Source of the DNA: an uncultured delta proteobacterium
GTDB lineage: Bacteria > Myxococcota_A > Polyangia > Fen-1088
DNA length: 64,000 bases
NCBI GenBank assembly: GCA_963767925.1
Contig: CAVYGB010000008.1
Span: 768,001-832,000 of the forward strand
Direction: 5' to 3'
A program made the translations under genes and the position numbers. Under the pieces are notes generated by a model. The model was given only the letters and a program-made list of their open reading frames with translations. It was not told the origin of the DNA and searched no databases. This document shows, piece by piece, positions 1-9,796 of the stretch (positions are counted from its first letter, which is position 1; each line of letters begins with the position of its first letter).

Positions 1-458
1 CCGGGGTGGCTGGCGTGAACCCGGGTGGTCCCGGGGGTGAGCGCGGTCAGGCGGCCGCTGCGCTCTGCCACCTGGGCGATGGTCGGATCTTCGATCCGCC
101 AGGTCAGCTCGGAGTCCTGGGTGACGTCGCGCAGCCCACCCAGCTCGACGAGGGCCCGGAGCTGCAGGCTCTGGCCCACGGGCAGGGGGGGGCCGATGCC
201 CGGGACCACGACGATGGCCACCTCGCCCGGGCGGAAGTCGGGGGCGCTCGCTTCGGCGCCTCCGTCGTTCGGCAGGCCGCTGGGGCCGCCGTCGCGCCCG
301 GCCGCTCCGCCGGCCTCCGTGGTGCCGCCGGCCGTGCCGCCGGTGCCGCCGCCGCGTCCGGCGAGGACCCCTGCTCCATCGAGCAAGGGGTCGCGACCGC
401 AGCCTAGCCAGGTGAGGGTGATGAGAGCCGGGACCAGGTTACGACGCAAGGCGTTCAT
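1..458 (-). CDS. Lipoprotein with Gly-rich linker and probable Ig-like (Big_2) domain; runs off the window edge
   Basis: Manual translation from ATG at 458: MNALRRNLVPALITLTWLGC (lipobox-like), GGTGGTAGG linker, then QSLQLRALV..RDVTQDSELTWRIEDPTIAQV..GRLTALTPGTTRV, typical of Big_2. Absent from the ORF track because no stop lies inside the window. Confidence 0.65.
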   Translation of the reverse strand, partial: MNALRRNLVPALITLTWLGCGRDPLLDGAGVLAGRGGGTGGTAGGTTEAGGAAGRDGGPSGLPNDGGAEASAPDFRPGEVAIVVVPGIGPPLPVGQSLQLRALVELGGLRDVTQDSELTWRIEDPTIAQVAERSGRLTALTPGTTRVHASHP

Positions 459-627
459 GGGTGTCTCCGTCCGGGGACGGGGGCCGGCCACATGTTAGAC
501 CCCTCGAACCGGGACGGAAGAGGCTCGCGCCGATATTTTTGCGATCGCGACGGAATTCGCCGCGGCAAGGGCCGCCCGGACGACGCGGATGGGCCCCGGT
601 CCATCGTCCGCGTTATGATCTGTCGAG

Positions 628-921
628 ATGGCCAGCCCAGGACGCGCAGCTCCGAGCCGGGGAAGGCCGGTCGACCCGACCCGACCGCCGTTCACCTCGT
701 TCCTCGAGCGGGGGGACCTGCGCGAGAAGCGGCAACGCGGCCGGCGCTGGACGCTGATCGTCTCGGTGGGCGTGCACGTCATCGCCGTGCTGGCCCTCGC
801 CGCCTACGCCGTCTTCGACGTGGACGAGCTCTACGGCCCGTCGGTCGAGGTCAAGATGTTCGCCCCCGGTCAGGCGCCGATCACCAGCACCACCCGCACC
901 GGTCCCTCGGGGACCCCGTAG
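628..921 (+). CDS. Small single-pass membrane protein with TonB/TolA-type SxxxH anchor
   Basis: RRWTLIVSVGVHVIAVLALAAYAVF hydrophobic helix; 97 aa; 3' end overlaps the convergent Omp85 gene. Confidence 0.5.
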   Translation: MASPGRAAPSRGRPVDPTRPPFTSFLERGDLREKRQRGRRWTLIVSVGVHVIAVLALAAYAVFDVDELYGPSVEVKMFAPGQAPITSTTRTGPSGTP

Positions 922-2237
922 CCCAGGTCCACGCCGACCAGCGGGACGGCCACCGATCGCAGGAAGAAGCGCAGCCCGATCCCCACCGAGGTGTGGGCGT
1001 CGCGCTTGGCGCTGAAGCCCGCCGTGAGATGGCTGGGCGGCAGGAACCGCCGGCCGTCGGCCCGCTCGTAATAGGCCAGCCCGCTGGGATCTACCTCGGG
1101 CAACTCGCGGTACCAGATGGCGGTGGCGTCGTTGAAGATCAGGCCCCGAAAGTCGAGCTTCCGGATGCTGAAGAGCGGGAAGTGGTACTCGAGCTGGGTG
1201 CGCAGGTGGGTATCGCCGGCAAACTGCCGGTGCACGAAGCCGCGCAGGTTCCCCCCGCCCGCCGAGTTCTCGCTCCAGAAGGGCATGTTGCGTCCGACGT
1301 AGGCCCCGCCTCGCAGGATGAAGTTGTGCCGCCGCAGGAAGCGGATGCCGTGCTCGTAAGACGCGCGCGCCTTCCAGTACTTGAACTTGGCGTCCCCCCC
1401 CCAGCGCGGGTCGCCGTGGTCGAGGCTGAAGCTGAGGGCGTTGCCCCACATGACCGCGTGCTCGCGGGCACGAAAGTCGAAGGTCAGCTCGGCCTCGGCG
1501 TAGGCCCGCACACCCCCCTCGGCCGGCGCCGGCAGATCTCCGGTGCCGGGAAACTGCTCCTCGTTGCCCCGCACCCAGCGCACCTGCGGCCGATCGATGC
1601 CCCAGCCGACGCTGGTCTTGACCCGCCGGAACCAGGCCACCCCGAACTTGGCGTTGAAGCCGAAGGAGCGCAGGTTGGTCTCCCGCACCGGCGCCAGCAC
1701 CGACAGATCCATGTTCGAATATTCGGGGATGGTCTGGTCCTGAACGTTCCCGGCGAACTGATAGAACATCCAGGTACCGAACAGCGCCGGGTCCTGGTAG
1801 GCGACGATGGCCCCCGAGTCGGCGGTGGAGAGGCGGCCGCCGATGATGCCGCGTTTGCCCCGGCCGAACAGGTTGCCGTGGGCCACCACCAGCCCGGCCG
1901 ACAGGTTGCCCGGCGCGTACGAGAGGGTCGGCACCGGGGCCCAGGGGAACTTGTCGCGGATGACGATGTTGACCCGCACCCCATCGCGGTAGGGCACCCA
2001 GTACACGTTGACCTCGGAGAACAGGCCGCTCGTGTTGAGCCGCTCGCGCACCTCCTCCAGGGTGTGGACCTCCATGACGTCGCCGATGGCGATCCCCGCG
2101 ATCGATCGGACAGTCTCTTCTTCGGTGCGGGCGTTGTCCTCGACGCGGATGTCCCGGATCACCTCGCCGATGGCGAAGGCTGCCCGCGGGAGCGCCAGGG
2201 CGAGCGCGATCCCGAGCAGGCAAGCGAGTCTATGCAT
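870..2237 (-). CDS. Omp85 (BamA/TamA) family outer-membrane protein, single POTRA plus beta-barrel
   Basis: Signal peptide; POTRA-like IRDIRVEDNARTEEETV..RLNTSGLFSEV; NLFGRG; loop-6 motif NLRGF; alternating beta-strand C-terminus. Confidence 0.85.
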   Translation of the reverse strand: MHRLACLLGIALALALPRAAFAIGEVIRDIRVEDNARTEEETVRSIAGIAIGDVMEVHTLEEVRERLNTSGLFSEVNVYWVPYRDGVRVNIVIRDKFPWAPVPTLSYAPGNLSAGLVVAHGNLFGRGKRGIIGGRLSTADSGAIVAYQDPALFGTWMFYQFAGNVQDQTIPEYSNMDLSVLAPVRETNLRSFGFNAKFGVAWFRRVKTSVGWGIDRPQVRWVRGNEEQFPGTGDLPAPAEGGVRAYAEAELTFDFRAREHAVMWGNALSFSLDHGDPRWGGDAKFKYWKARASYEHGIRFLRRHNFILRGGAYVGRNMPFWSENSAGGGNLRGFVHRQFAGDTHLRTQLEYHFPLFSIRKLDFRGLIFNDATAIWYRELPEVDPSGLAYYERADGRRFLPPSHLTAGFSAKRDAHTSVGIGLRFFLRSVAVPLVGVDLGYGVPEGPVRVVLVIGA

Positions 2238-2284
2238 ACACCCCAGTCTATAACGGGGACTTTGCTTGGCGAGGGATCAGGTGT

Positions 2285-3823
2285 GTGACCTCCACCCCCG
2301 GAGTGGGAGCCGGCGCGCATCCACCGCTGGAACGCCCGGACGCCACGCCAGATGCGGAGCGAATCCTGCGTGGAGCTCCCTCGGAGTATCATCACGGAGC
2401 GGCGATGGGGCAAGGCGGGGGGGCGGGCGAGCGGACACTGACGGCGATGCGTTCTTCCCTGGCGCGCGCCGAGGAGCCCAGCATCCCGATCCTGTTCCTG
2501 GCCGGCGGCGGGCCGGCCGGACCCTCGGCGACCCGGGCGCGCTTCCGGCTGGTGGGTGAGGAGCTGCTCCTCGGCCGCAGCGCCGAGGGGGAGGCGCTCC
2601 CCGAGACGGGCGTGCTGCGCCTGGTTGACCCCCTGATCTCGGGCCGCCACGCCCGCCTCCTGCGCACGGCCGCGGGCCTGGACCTCGAGGATCTCGAGAG
2701 CAAGAACGGGACCCTCCTGCAGGGGCGGCGGCTCACGGGGCGGATCGCGCTGGCCTCCGGGCAGCCCTTCTTCATCGGGGGCCACGCGCTGCTGTGGCGG
2801 ATGGTCTCGGCGATCGAGCTCGAGGCGCTCGAGGCCGAGGCGACCAGCCCCCTGGGTCCGGTCGCAACGGTTTCACCGAGCCTGGCGCTCATCGCCAGCA
2901 AGCTCCGTCGCTGGGCCGAGAGCGGCGACGAGATCCTCCTGCTCGGCGAGAGCGGGGTGGGCAAGGAGGTCTACGCGCGCGCGGTGCACGCCGCCAGCCG
3001 TCTCGCCGGACCGTTCGTCGCGGTCAACTGCGCCGCCCTCCCGCGCGATCTGGTCGAGAGCGAGCTGTTCGGTTACCGCCCGGGGGCCCACTCCACCGCC
3101 CGGGCGGCCAAGCCCGGGCTGATCGAGCGGGCCGAGGGGGGCACCCTCTTTCTCGACGAGATCGGAGAGATGCCCCAGGACGCCCAGGCCAAGCTCCTCC
3201 GCTTTCTCCAGGACCGGGAGCTGCTCCCCCTGGGCGCCACCCAGCCCCGGCGCCTGGACGTGCGGGTGCTGGCCGCCACCAACCGCCCGGTGGCGCCCGA
3301 TCAGCCCGGCTCGCTGCGGGCCGACCTGCTGGGGCGGCTGGGCGCGGCCCCCGTTCACCTGCCGCCGCTGCGCGAGCGGGTCGAGGACCTCGGCGCCCTG
3401 GTCGGTCACATGCTGGAGCGGCTCAGCCGCGTGCGGGCGGCGGGCCCTCCCGAGCTCGAGCCGGCGGCCTTCCGCGCGCTGTTTGCCTACCGCTGGCCGC
3501 TCAACGTGCGCGAGCTCGAGAAGGTCCTGGCCGCCGGGGCGGCGCTCACCCTCGGGACCCGCCCGATCGGGCTGCGGGACCTGCCTCCCGCGCTGGCCGC
3601 GGGGGTCACGGGCACGACCTCACCGGCGCTGCCGGCCGCGGTCGTCGTCCCGGGACGCAAGGCGCCCGCGCCCGGCCCCTCCCCCCAGGAGCTGGCTGCC
3701 TTGCTCGAGCGCCACCAGGGGAACGTGGCCGACGTGTCGCGCGCGCTGGGGCGACAACGCGCAGCGGTCTGGCGCTGGATCAAACGTTTCGGCCTCCCGG
3801 TGGAGCGCTCGAAGAATAAGTAG
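2285..3823 (+). CDS. FHA-domain sigma54-type (Fis family) AAA+ transcriptional activator; start uncertain
   Basis: FHA motifs LGRS, ISGRHA, SKNGT; Walker A GESGVGKE; Walker B FLDEIG; WPLNVREL; C-terminal HTH (GNVADVSRALG). Confidence 0.9.
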   Translation: MTSTPGVGAGAHPPLERPDATPDAERILRGAPSEYHHGAAMGQGGGAGERTLTAMRSSLARAEEPSIPILFLAGGGPAGPSATRARFRLVGEELLLGRSAEGEALPETGVLRLVDPLISGRHARLLRTAAGLDLEDLESKNGTLLQGRRLTGRIALASGQPFFIGGHALLWRMVSAIELEALEAEATSPLGPVATVSPSLALIASKLRRWAESGDEILLLGESGVGKEVYARAVHAASRLAGPFVAVNCAALPRDLVESELFGYRPGAHSTARAAKPGLIERAEGGTLFLDEIGEMPQDAQAKLLRFLQDRELLPLGATQPRRLDVRVLAATNRPVAPDQPGSLRADLLGRLGAAPVHLPPLRERVEDLGALVGHMLERLSRVRAAGPPELEPAAFRALFAYRWPLNVRELEKVLAAGAALTLGTRPIGLRDLPPALAAGVTGTTSPALPAAVVVPGRKAPAPGPSPQELAALLERHQGNVADVSRALGRQRAAVWRWIKRFGLPVERSKNK

Positions 3824-3846
3824 TAGCCTCCTGGCGGGAGGCGCAC

Positions 3847-5949
3847 ATGCGGTACCTTGCGCTCGCGTTGCTCATCGTTCCGTCCTTTGCCCACGCCGAC
3901 GAGGGCATGTGGACGTTCAACAACTTCCCGAAGGCCAAGCTCGCGCAGAAGCACGGCGTCTCCATCGACGACCGCTGGCTCGACCAGGTGCGGCTCTCCT
4001 CGGTGCGGCTGGCCCAGGGCTGCTCGGGCAGCTTCGTCTCGTCCGAGGGGCTGGTGATGACCAACCACCACTGCGCCGCCGCCTGCATCAGCGAGCTGTC
4101 GACCAGGGATCGCGACCTGATGAAGACCGGGTTCTACGCCCGGGAGGGCAAGGACGAGCTGCGCTGCCCGGCGCTCGAGGTGAACCAGCTCGCCGCCATC
4201 ACCGATGTCACCGAACGGGTCCGCAAGGCCACCGCCGGGCTGGTCGGTCAGACCTACAACGACGCCGAGAAGGCGGAGCAGTCCCGCATCGAGAAGGAGT
4301 GCGCCACCAGCCCCGACCTGCGCTGCGACGTGGTGACGCTCTACCGGGGCGGTGTCTACAACCTCTACAAGTATCAGCGCTTCCAGGATGTCCGCCTCGT
4401 GTTCGCGCCCGAGCTGTCGATCGCCTTTTTCGGGGGGGATCCCGACAACTTCAACTTCCCCCGCTACGCTCTCGACGCCTCCTTCTTGCGGGTCTACCGG
4501 GACGGCAAGCCGGCCCCCGTGGCCAATCACCTGGCCTGGTCGGCCAGCGGCGCCGCCGAAGGCGACGTCACCTTCGTGGCCGGTCATCCCGGCAGCACCA
4601 GCCGCCAGCTCACGGTGGCCCAGCTCGAATTCCTCCGCGACGTCAGCTTGCCCGAGCGCCTGTTGCGGCTGGCCGAGCTGCGCGGCTTGCTGACCGAATA
4701 CCAGCAGCGGGGGCCGGAGCAGCAGCGAACCGCCAGCCACCACCTGTTCTCCGTGGAGAACGCCTTCAAGGCCCTGCGCGGCCGCCACGGCGCCCTGCTC
4801 GACAAGGCGTTCTTCGGGACGCTCGTCGCCGCCGAAGAGAAGCTCGAGGCCCAGGTGGCGGCCAATCCCACCTGGCAGAAGTCGAGCGGGGGGGCCTGGA
4901 CGAAGATCGCCGAGGCTCAGAAGAAGCTGCGCGACCTGCGCAAGCCGTACGGTCTCATCGAGGCGGGCTCGGGCTTCACCAGCGACCTCTTCCAGCACGC
5001 CCGCACGCTGGTCCGCGCGGCCGACGAGCGGAGCAAGCCGCTCGAGACCCGCTTTCGCGAGTTCCGGGACTCGGCCCTGCCCGCGGTCACCCAGAAGCTG
5101 TTCAGCGCCGCCCCGATCTACGACGAGCTGGAGGTGGCCCTGCTGACCTTCTCTCTGACCAAGCTGCGCGAAGATCTCACCGCCGACGATCCCTTCGTGC
5201 GCAAGGTGCTGGGGAAGGAGGCGCCCGCCGAGCTGGCCGAACGGGTCATCCGTCAGAGCAAGCTGAAGGACGTGGCCGTCCGCAAGGCCCTCTGGGCGGG
5301 CGGGCGCAAGGCCATCGACGCCTCCCGCGACCCGCTGATCCTCCTCGCCAAGCTGGTCGACCCCGACGCCCGGGCCGTCCGCAAGCGCTACGAGGAGACC
5401 GTCGAGGCCCCGGTCAAGCAAAACGGGGAGCTGCTGGCCCGGGCTCGCTTCGCCATGGAAGGCACCTCCACCTATCCCGACGCGACCTTCACCTTGCGCC
5501 TCAGCTTCGGCAAGGTGAAGGGCTGGGAGGAGAACGGCCGCCCGGTCCGGCCCGTCACGACCATGGTCGGCTCCTTCGACCGGGCCACCGGCCGGCCGCC
5601 CTTCGATCTGCCGCCGAGCTGGCTGGCCGCCCGGTCCAGGCTCGGCGCCCGCACGCCCTTCAACTTCGTCACCACGAACGACATCATCGGCGGCAACTCG
5701 GGCTCACCGGTCATCAACAAGGAAGGGGAGGTGGTCGGGCTGGTGTTCGACGGAAACATCCACTCGCTGGGCGGGGACTACGGCTTCGACGAGAGCAAGA
5801 ACCGCTCGGTCGCGGTCCACAGCGCGGCCATCCTCGAGGCGCTCGCCAAGATCTACGGGGCCGATCGGCTGGTCAAGGAGCTCCGCCCCCGGGGGACCAA
5901 GCTGGGGTCCGATCAGCCCCGTGATGGGCGGCCGCCGGGCGGTGCCTGA
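3847..5949 (+). CDS. S46 family dipeptidyl peptidase
   Basis: Signal peptide then ADEGMW, GCSGSFVS, TNHHC, TYPDATFTLRLSFG, DIIGGNSGSPV. Confidence 0.95.
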   Translation: MRYLALALLIVPSFAHADEGMWTFNNFPKAKLAQKHGVSIDDRWLDQVRLSSVRLAQGCSGSFVSSEGLVMTNHHCAAACISELSTRDRDLMKTGFYAREGKDELRCPALEVNQLAAITDVTERVRKATAGLVGQTYNDAEKAEQSRIEKECATSPDLRCDVVTLYRGGVYNLYKYQRFQDVRLVFAPELSIAFFGGDPDNFNFPRYALDASFLRVYRDGKPAPVANHLAWSASGAAEGDVTFVAGHPGSTSRQLTVAQLEFLRDVSLPERLLRLAELRGLLTEYQQRGPEQQRTASHHLFSVENAFKALRGRHGALLDKAFFGTLVAAEEKLEAQVAANPTWQKSSGGAWTKIAEAQKKLRDLRKPYGLIEAGSGFTSDLFQHARTLVRAADERSKPLETRFREFRDSALPAVTQKLFSAAPIYDELEVALLTFSLTKLREDLTADDPFVRKVLGKEAPAELAERVIRQSKLKDVAVRKALWAGGRKAIDASRDPLILLAKLVDPDARAVRKRYEETVEAPVKQNGELLARARFAMEGTSTYPDATFTLRLSFGKVKGWEENGRPVRPVTTMVGSFDRATGRPPFDLPPSWLAARSRLGARTPFNFVTTNDIIGGNSGSPVINKEGEVVGLVFDGNIHSLGGDYGFDESKNRSVAVHSAAILEALAKIYGADRLVKELRPRGTKLGSDQPRDGRPPGGA

Positions 5950-5964
5950 GTTGATCGTCCCGGC

Positions 5965-6930
5965 ATGAGCGCCCCCGGGGTGCCGGAGCACCCACGTGAG
6001 GTGCTCGACCGACTCAAGCAGCTCGAGCACGCCCACCTGGCGCGCGCCGGCCGGGACCGCCTGCGGCCCGGCTGGCGGCTGGCGCTCTCCCTCCGTTTCC
6101 TGCGCACGGCGCTCCGGCATCTGTTTCACCGGCCGCGCCTGCGGGCCCCCACGCCGGTCGCCGCCCCGCCCGCGGGCGCGCTGGCCGCCACCTTCGTGGG
6201 CCACGCCACCGTCATGTTGACCACCGCCGAGACGCGGGTGCTGATCGACCCCTGCCTGGGCAACTTCCTGTGGGGGCTTCGCCGCGCCGAAGCCGCTTGC
6301 CTCGACGCGCGCGACGCGGGCGCGACGAACCTCGTGCTGATCTCCCATGCCCACGCGGATCACCTGCACCTGCCCAGCCTGCGCCGGCTGCCCCGCTCGG
6401 CCACCCTCGTCGTGCCCCCGGGCTGCGGGGAGCTCGTCGAGCGGCTGGGCTTCAGCCAGGCGGTCGTGCTCGAGCCGGGGGGCGAGTTCCGCTTTCGCGA
6501 CCTCGTGATCACGGCGGTGGCCGCCCGCCACGGTGGGCGGCGGTCCCTCACCGACTTTCGCTGGCGGGGAGCCTGCGGCTACGTCGTGCGCGGCCAGGGG
6601 GTCACCGTCTACTTCGCCGGGGACACCGGCTACTTCTCCGGGTTCCGGGACCTGGGTCGCCGCATGAAGCCCGACCTGGCCCTGTTGCCGATCTCGGGCT
6701 ACGAGCCCCTCGCGCTCCGCGAAACCCACATGTCCCCCCTCGACGCAGTGGCCGCCTTCGAGGACCTGGAGGCGCGCATCTTCATCCCCATCGCCCACGG
6801 CGCTTTTCCCCTGGGTTACGAGGCCCTCGAGGCCCCCCTGGCCTGGCTACGCCAGCTCTGTGACGAGCGGGGCTACTCCGGGCGCCTGGCCGTGCTGGCC
6901 CCCGGCGAGACCTGCCTCCTGCAGCGATGA
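5965..6930 (+). CDS. MBL-fold metallo-hydrolase
   Basis: FVGHAT, ISHAHADHLH, YFAGDTGY, PIAHG motifs. Confidence 0.9.
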   Translation: MSAPGVPEHPREVLDRLKQLEHAHLARAGRDRLRPGWRLALSLRFLRTALRHLFHRPRLRAPTPVAAPPAGALAATFVGHATVMLTTAETRVLIDPCLGNFLWGLRRAEAACLDARDAGATNLVLISHAHADHLHLPSLRRLPRSATLVVPPGCGELVERLGFSQAVVLEPGGEFRFRDLVITAVAARHGGRRSLTDFRWRGACGYVVRGQGVTVYFAGDTGYFSGFRDLGRRMKPDLALLPISGYEPLALRETHMSPLDAVAAFEDLEARIFIPIAHGAFPLGYEALEAPLAWLRQLCDERGYSGRLAVLAPGETCLLQR

Positions 6931-7002
6931 GGGCTTGGGTGGACGGGCCGGCAGCCCCTGGTTAGAGTGCGCCAACCTCGGCGATACGCCGAGCGCCATA
7001 CC

Positions 7003-9360
7003 ATGAGCCTCCACGAAAAACTGCGGCGTGTCCCGTCTGTCGCCTGGGCCGCGCTGTTCGCCCTCTTGCTGGTCTTCCCCTTCCTGGGGTCCTTCGGGTT
7101 CTGGGATCCCTGGGAGCTCAACCTCGCCGAGAAGGCGCGCGACATGATGCGCGCGGGACAGCTCGCCGACCCCACCGCCGGCCGCGGCTACCAGGCCGAG
7201 CCGCCCCTGGATCTGTTCCTGGCCGCCCTGGGGATGAAGCTGTTCGGCGCCCAGGAGCTGGGCGCGCGCCTCGGCAACGCGCTCTTCGCCGTGGGGGCGC
7301 TGCTCTCGGTGTACTGGGCGGGGCTGGGCCTGTTCCGGCGGCGGGCCGCCCTGCTGGCCACCCTGGCCCTCGGCACGATGCCGCTGTTTTTCCTGCAGGC
7401 CCGCCAGCTCACCTCCGACATCCCGCTCATCGCCGGACTGGCCCTCGCCCTCGGCGGGCTGGGGCGTTACACCTGGCCCGCGGCTGGACGGCGCCGGCTA
7501 CAGGACCTCCTCGTCGGCGCGACGGGCATGGCGATCGGCACCCTCTCCGGTGGCGCCATGCTGGGGGTGGCGCTGCCTGCGCTCGCGGTGGCCGGCACGG
7601 TGCTGGTCGTCTGGGGCCTGACCCCGGCCGAGCTGGTGCCGGGAGCCGATCCCGGGTTGACCGCGCCGGGGCTGGGCGCCGACGTGCCCGCCGGCCGCCC
7701 CTTCGGACGCAGCCTGCTGGCCAACCCGCGCGGCATCGCCGTGCTCGTCATCGGGGCGGTGGGGCTCGCGGTGCTGCTGCTGACCCTCACCCGGGCCAAC
7801 CTGGCCGGAGAATATTCGCTCCTGCTCGGCGGGACGCCCAAGGGCGGGACCCCGCCCCACAAGTTCGAGTACCTGATCCGTCAGATCGGCTTCGGCATCT
7901 TCCCCTGGAGCGCGCTGGTGGTCTTCGCCCTGGGGCGGGCCCTGGTGCGCCTCGGTGAAGACGACGCCGGCAAGGGCGCGCGCCTGACCTTCTCCCAGCT
8001 CTACCTGCTGGTGTTCGCCGCCTTCGGGTACGCCCTGGTGACCGTGTTCGTCCTCATGACGGGCGAGGCGCGCTTCGCGCCGCTGGCCGCCCTGGCCCTC
8101 GCGGTTGGCGCCTTCCTGGACGAGGCCCTCGAGGGCGAGCGGGTCGAGCCGGTGCTCGGGCTCGTGGTGGGCACCGGCACGATGGTCGTGGCGCGCGATC
8201 TGTTCCTGGCGCCCGAGGAGCTGGCCTCGCTCCACGTCCTCAACAAGGTCAAGTGGCCGCCCCAGCTTCGGCTCGGCCCGATCTTCCTGGTGGCCGGTCT
8301 CGTTGTCGCGCTCGGCATCTACCTGGGCCTGGCTACCCGCGGCCGAGCGCTGGCCAAGGTGGGCCCCCGGGAAGGGGGGACAGCGGGGTCCTGGCGCGGC
8401 CGGCTCGAGGGCCTCCTCGTCCAGGTCGGGCGCTGGGGCATCCACGGCGCGGTCGCCGGGGCAGTGATCTTCGCCCTCGGGATCGCCCACCTGCTCGTCC
8501 CCACCCTGTCCCGGCACTACTCGTTCAAGCCGGTCCTCGAGTCCTTCTCGCGCTACGCCCAGGGCGACGAGCCGATCGCCAAGTTCCGGGTGGAGGGGCA
8601 CGGCACCGGGTTTTACAGCGCGCGAGAGATGACCGACCTGCCGAGCCAGGATCGGGTGGTCGCCTTCCTCCGCCCGGAGAAGCGCGCGTTCGTCCTGGTG
8701 GCCTCGGAGGAGCTGGGCTCGCTGGACGCCGCGCTCCGGCTCGCCCGCGTCGACTACGTCGTGGTGGACGCCTCCTCTTCCCGTTTCCTCCTGCTGTCGA
8801 ACCGCCTGGGCAGCGGGGAGGAGGATCAGAACCCGCTGAAGAAATACGTGTGGATGGCGCCGCGCGTGCCCACGCCTGCCCCGGCGGGTGACAACACCGG
8901 CGGCATGCGCCACGACTGGCCCCAGGAGAAACCACCCTGGCCGCCGCCCCGGGTCGTTGCCGGCGCCGAGTTCGGCAACTCCATCGAGCTGCTGGGGGCG
9001 GAGTATCCGGCGGTGATCCGGCGGCCGGCCAAGATCCCGCTGACCCTGCACTTCCGTGTCAATCAGCGCCCGCCCGGGGGGTACAAGGTGTTCGTCCACT
9101 TCGACTCCACGGGCAACCCGCGGGTGCTGGGCGACCACGCACCGCTCGACGGTGTTTTTCCCACGTCGTACTGGCTTCCAGGGGAGTACATTAAGGACTT
9201 CGTGGAGGTGGACGTCCCTCTCATGACCACGCCCGCCGGGGTGTACACGCTCTACATCGGCTTCTGGCCGGGTGGAGAGCAGAAGCGACTTCGCGTAACC
9301 GGCGGCACCCTGGGAGATGGATTCGATCGTGTTCGGGTGGGAACCATTGACATCCGCTAG
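7003..9360 (+). CDS. GT-C glycosyltransferase (family 39 / ArnT-like) multi-pass membrane protein
   Basis: GFWDPWE, EPPL and ELGARL motifs; many TM helices; extracytoplasmic C-terminal domain (FVHFD..DHAP..WLPGEYI). Confidence 0.8.
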   Translation: MSLHEKLRRVPSVAWAALFALLLVFPFLGSFGFWDPWELNLAEKARDMMRAGQLADPTAGRGYQAEPPLDLFLAALGMKLFGAQELGARLGNALFAVGALLSVYWAGLGLFRRRAALLATLALGTMPLFFLQARQLTSDIPLIAGLALALGGLGRYTWPAAGRRRLQDLLVGATGMAIGTLSGGAMLGVALPALAVAGTVLVVWGLTPAELVPGADPGLTAPGLGADVPAGRPFGRSLLANPRGIAVLVIGAVGLAVLLLTLTRANLAGEYSLLLGGTPKGGTPPHKFEYLIRQIGFGIFPWSALVVFALGRALVRLGEDDAGKGARLTFSQLYLLVFAAFGYALVTVFVLMTGEARFAPLAALALAVGAFLDEALEGERVEPVLGLVVGTGTMVVARDLFLAPEELASLHVLNKVKWPPQLRLGPIFLVAGLVVALGIYLGLATRGRALAKVGPREGGTAGSWRGRLEGLLVQVGRWGIHGAVAGAVIFALGIAHLLVPTLSRHYSFKPVLESFSRYAQGDEPIAKFRVEGHGTGFYSAREMTDLPSQDRVVAFLRPEKRAFVLVASEELGSLDAALRLARVDYVVVDASSSRFLLLSNRLGSGEEDQNPLKKYVWMAPRVPTPAPAGDNTGGMRHDWPQEKPPWPPPRVVAGAEFGNSIELLGAEYPAVIRRPAKIPLTLHFRVNQRPPGGYKVFVHFDSTGNPRVLGDHAPLDGVFPTSYWLPGEYIKDFVEVDVPLMTTPAGVYTLYIGFWPGGEQKRLRVTGGTLGDGFDRVRVGTIDIR

Positions 9361-9367
9361 GGGGGGA

Positions 9368-9796
9368 ATGCGGGCCAAGGATCGCCGCCGCCGTGCGCTG
9401 CCGGTGGAGGAAGACCGTCGCAGCGCCCGCGATCGGCGGGGTCATGAGCGGGTTCTGGTTCACATCGAGGTGGACTACCGCTGCGACGACACCTTCCTGT
9501 TCGCCTACATCACCGACCTGTCGGCGATGGGCATCTTCATCCGGACCGCGCTGCCCAATCCGCCGGGAACCCGGCTGAACCTGCATTTCGCCCCGCCCGG
9601 CAGCGCGCCCATCGACGTCGAGGGGGAGGTCATGTGGACCAACCCCAACCGACCCGGGCGCGCCGAGAACCTGAATCCCGGCATGGGTGTGCAGTTCGTC
9701 GACCTGACGCCGCAGCAGCGGGATCGGGTCATGAGCCTGGTGCGTACGTTCGCCTATCTCAGCGACGACGACGGCGACCCCAAGGGGAACTCCTAG
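9368..9796 (+). CDS. PilZ-domain protein (myxobacterial TIGR02266-like)
   Basis: RRGHER and DLSAMGIFI (RxxxR, DxSxxG), GEVMW, PGMGVQF. Confidence 0.85.
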   Translation: MRAKDRRRRALPVEEDRRSARDRRGHERVLVHIEVDYRCDDTFLFAYITDLSAMGIFIRTALPNPPGTRLNLHFAPPGSAPIDVEGEVMWTNPNRPGRAENLNPGMGVQFVDLTPQQRDRVMSLVRTFAYLSDDDGDPKGNS

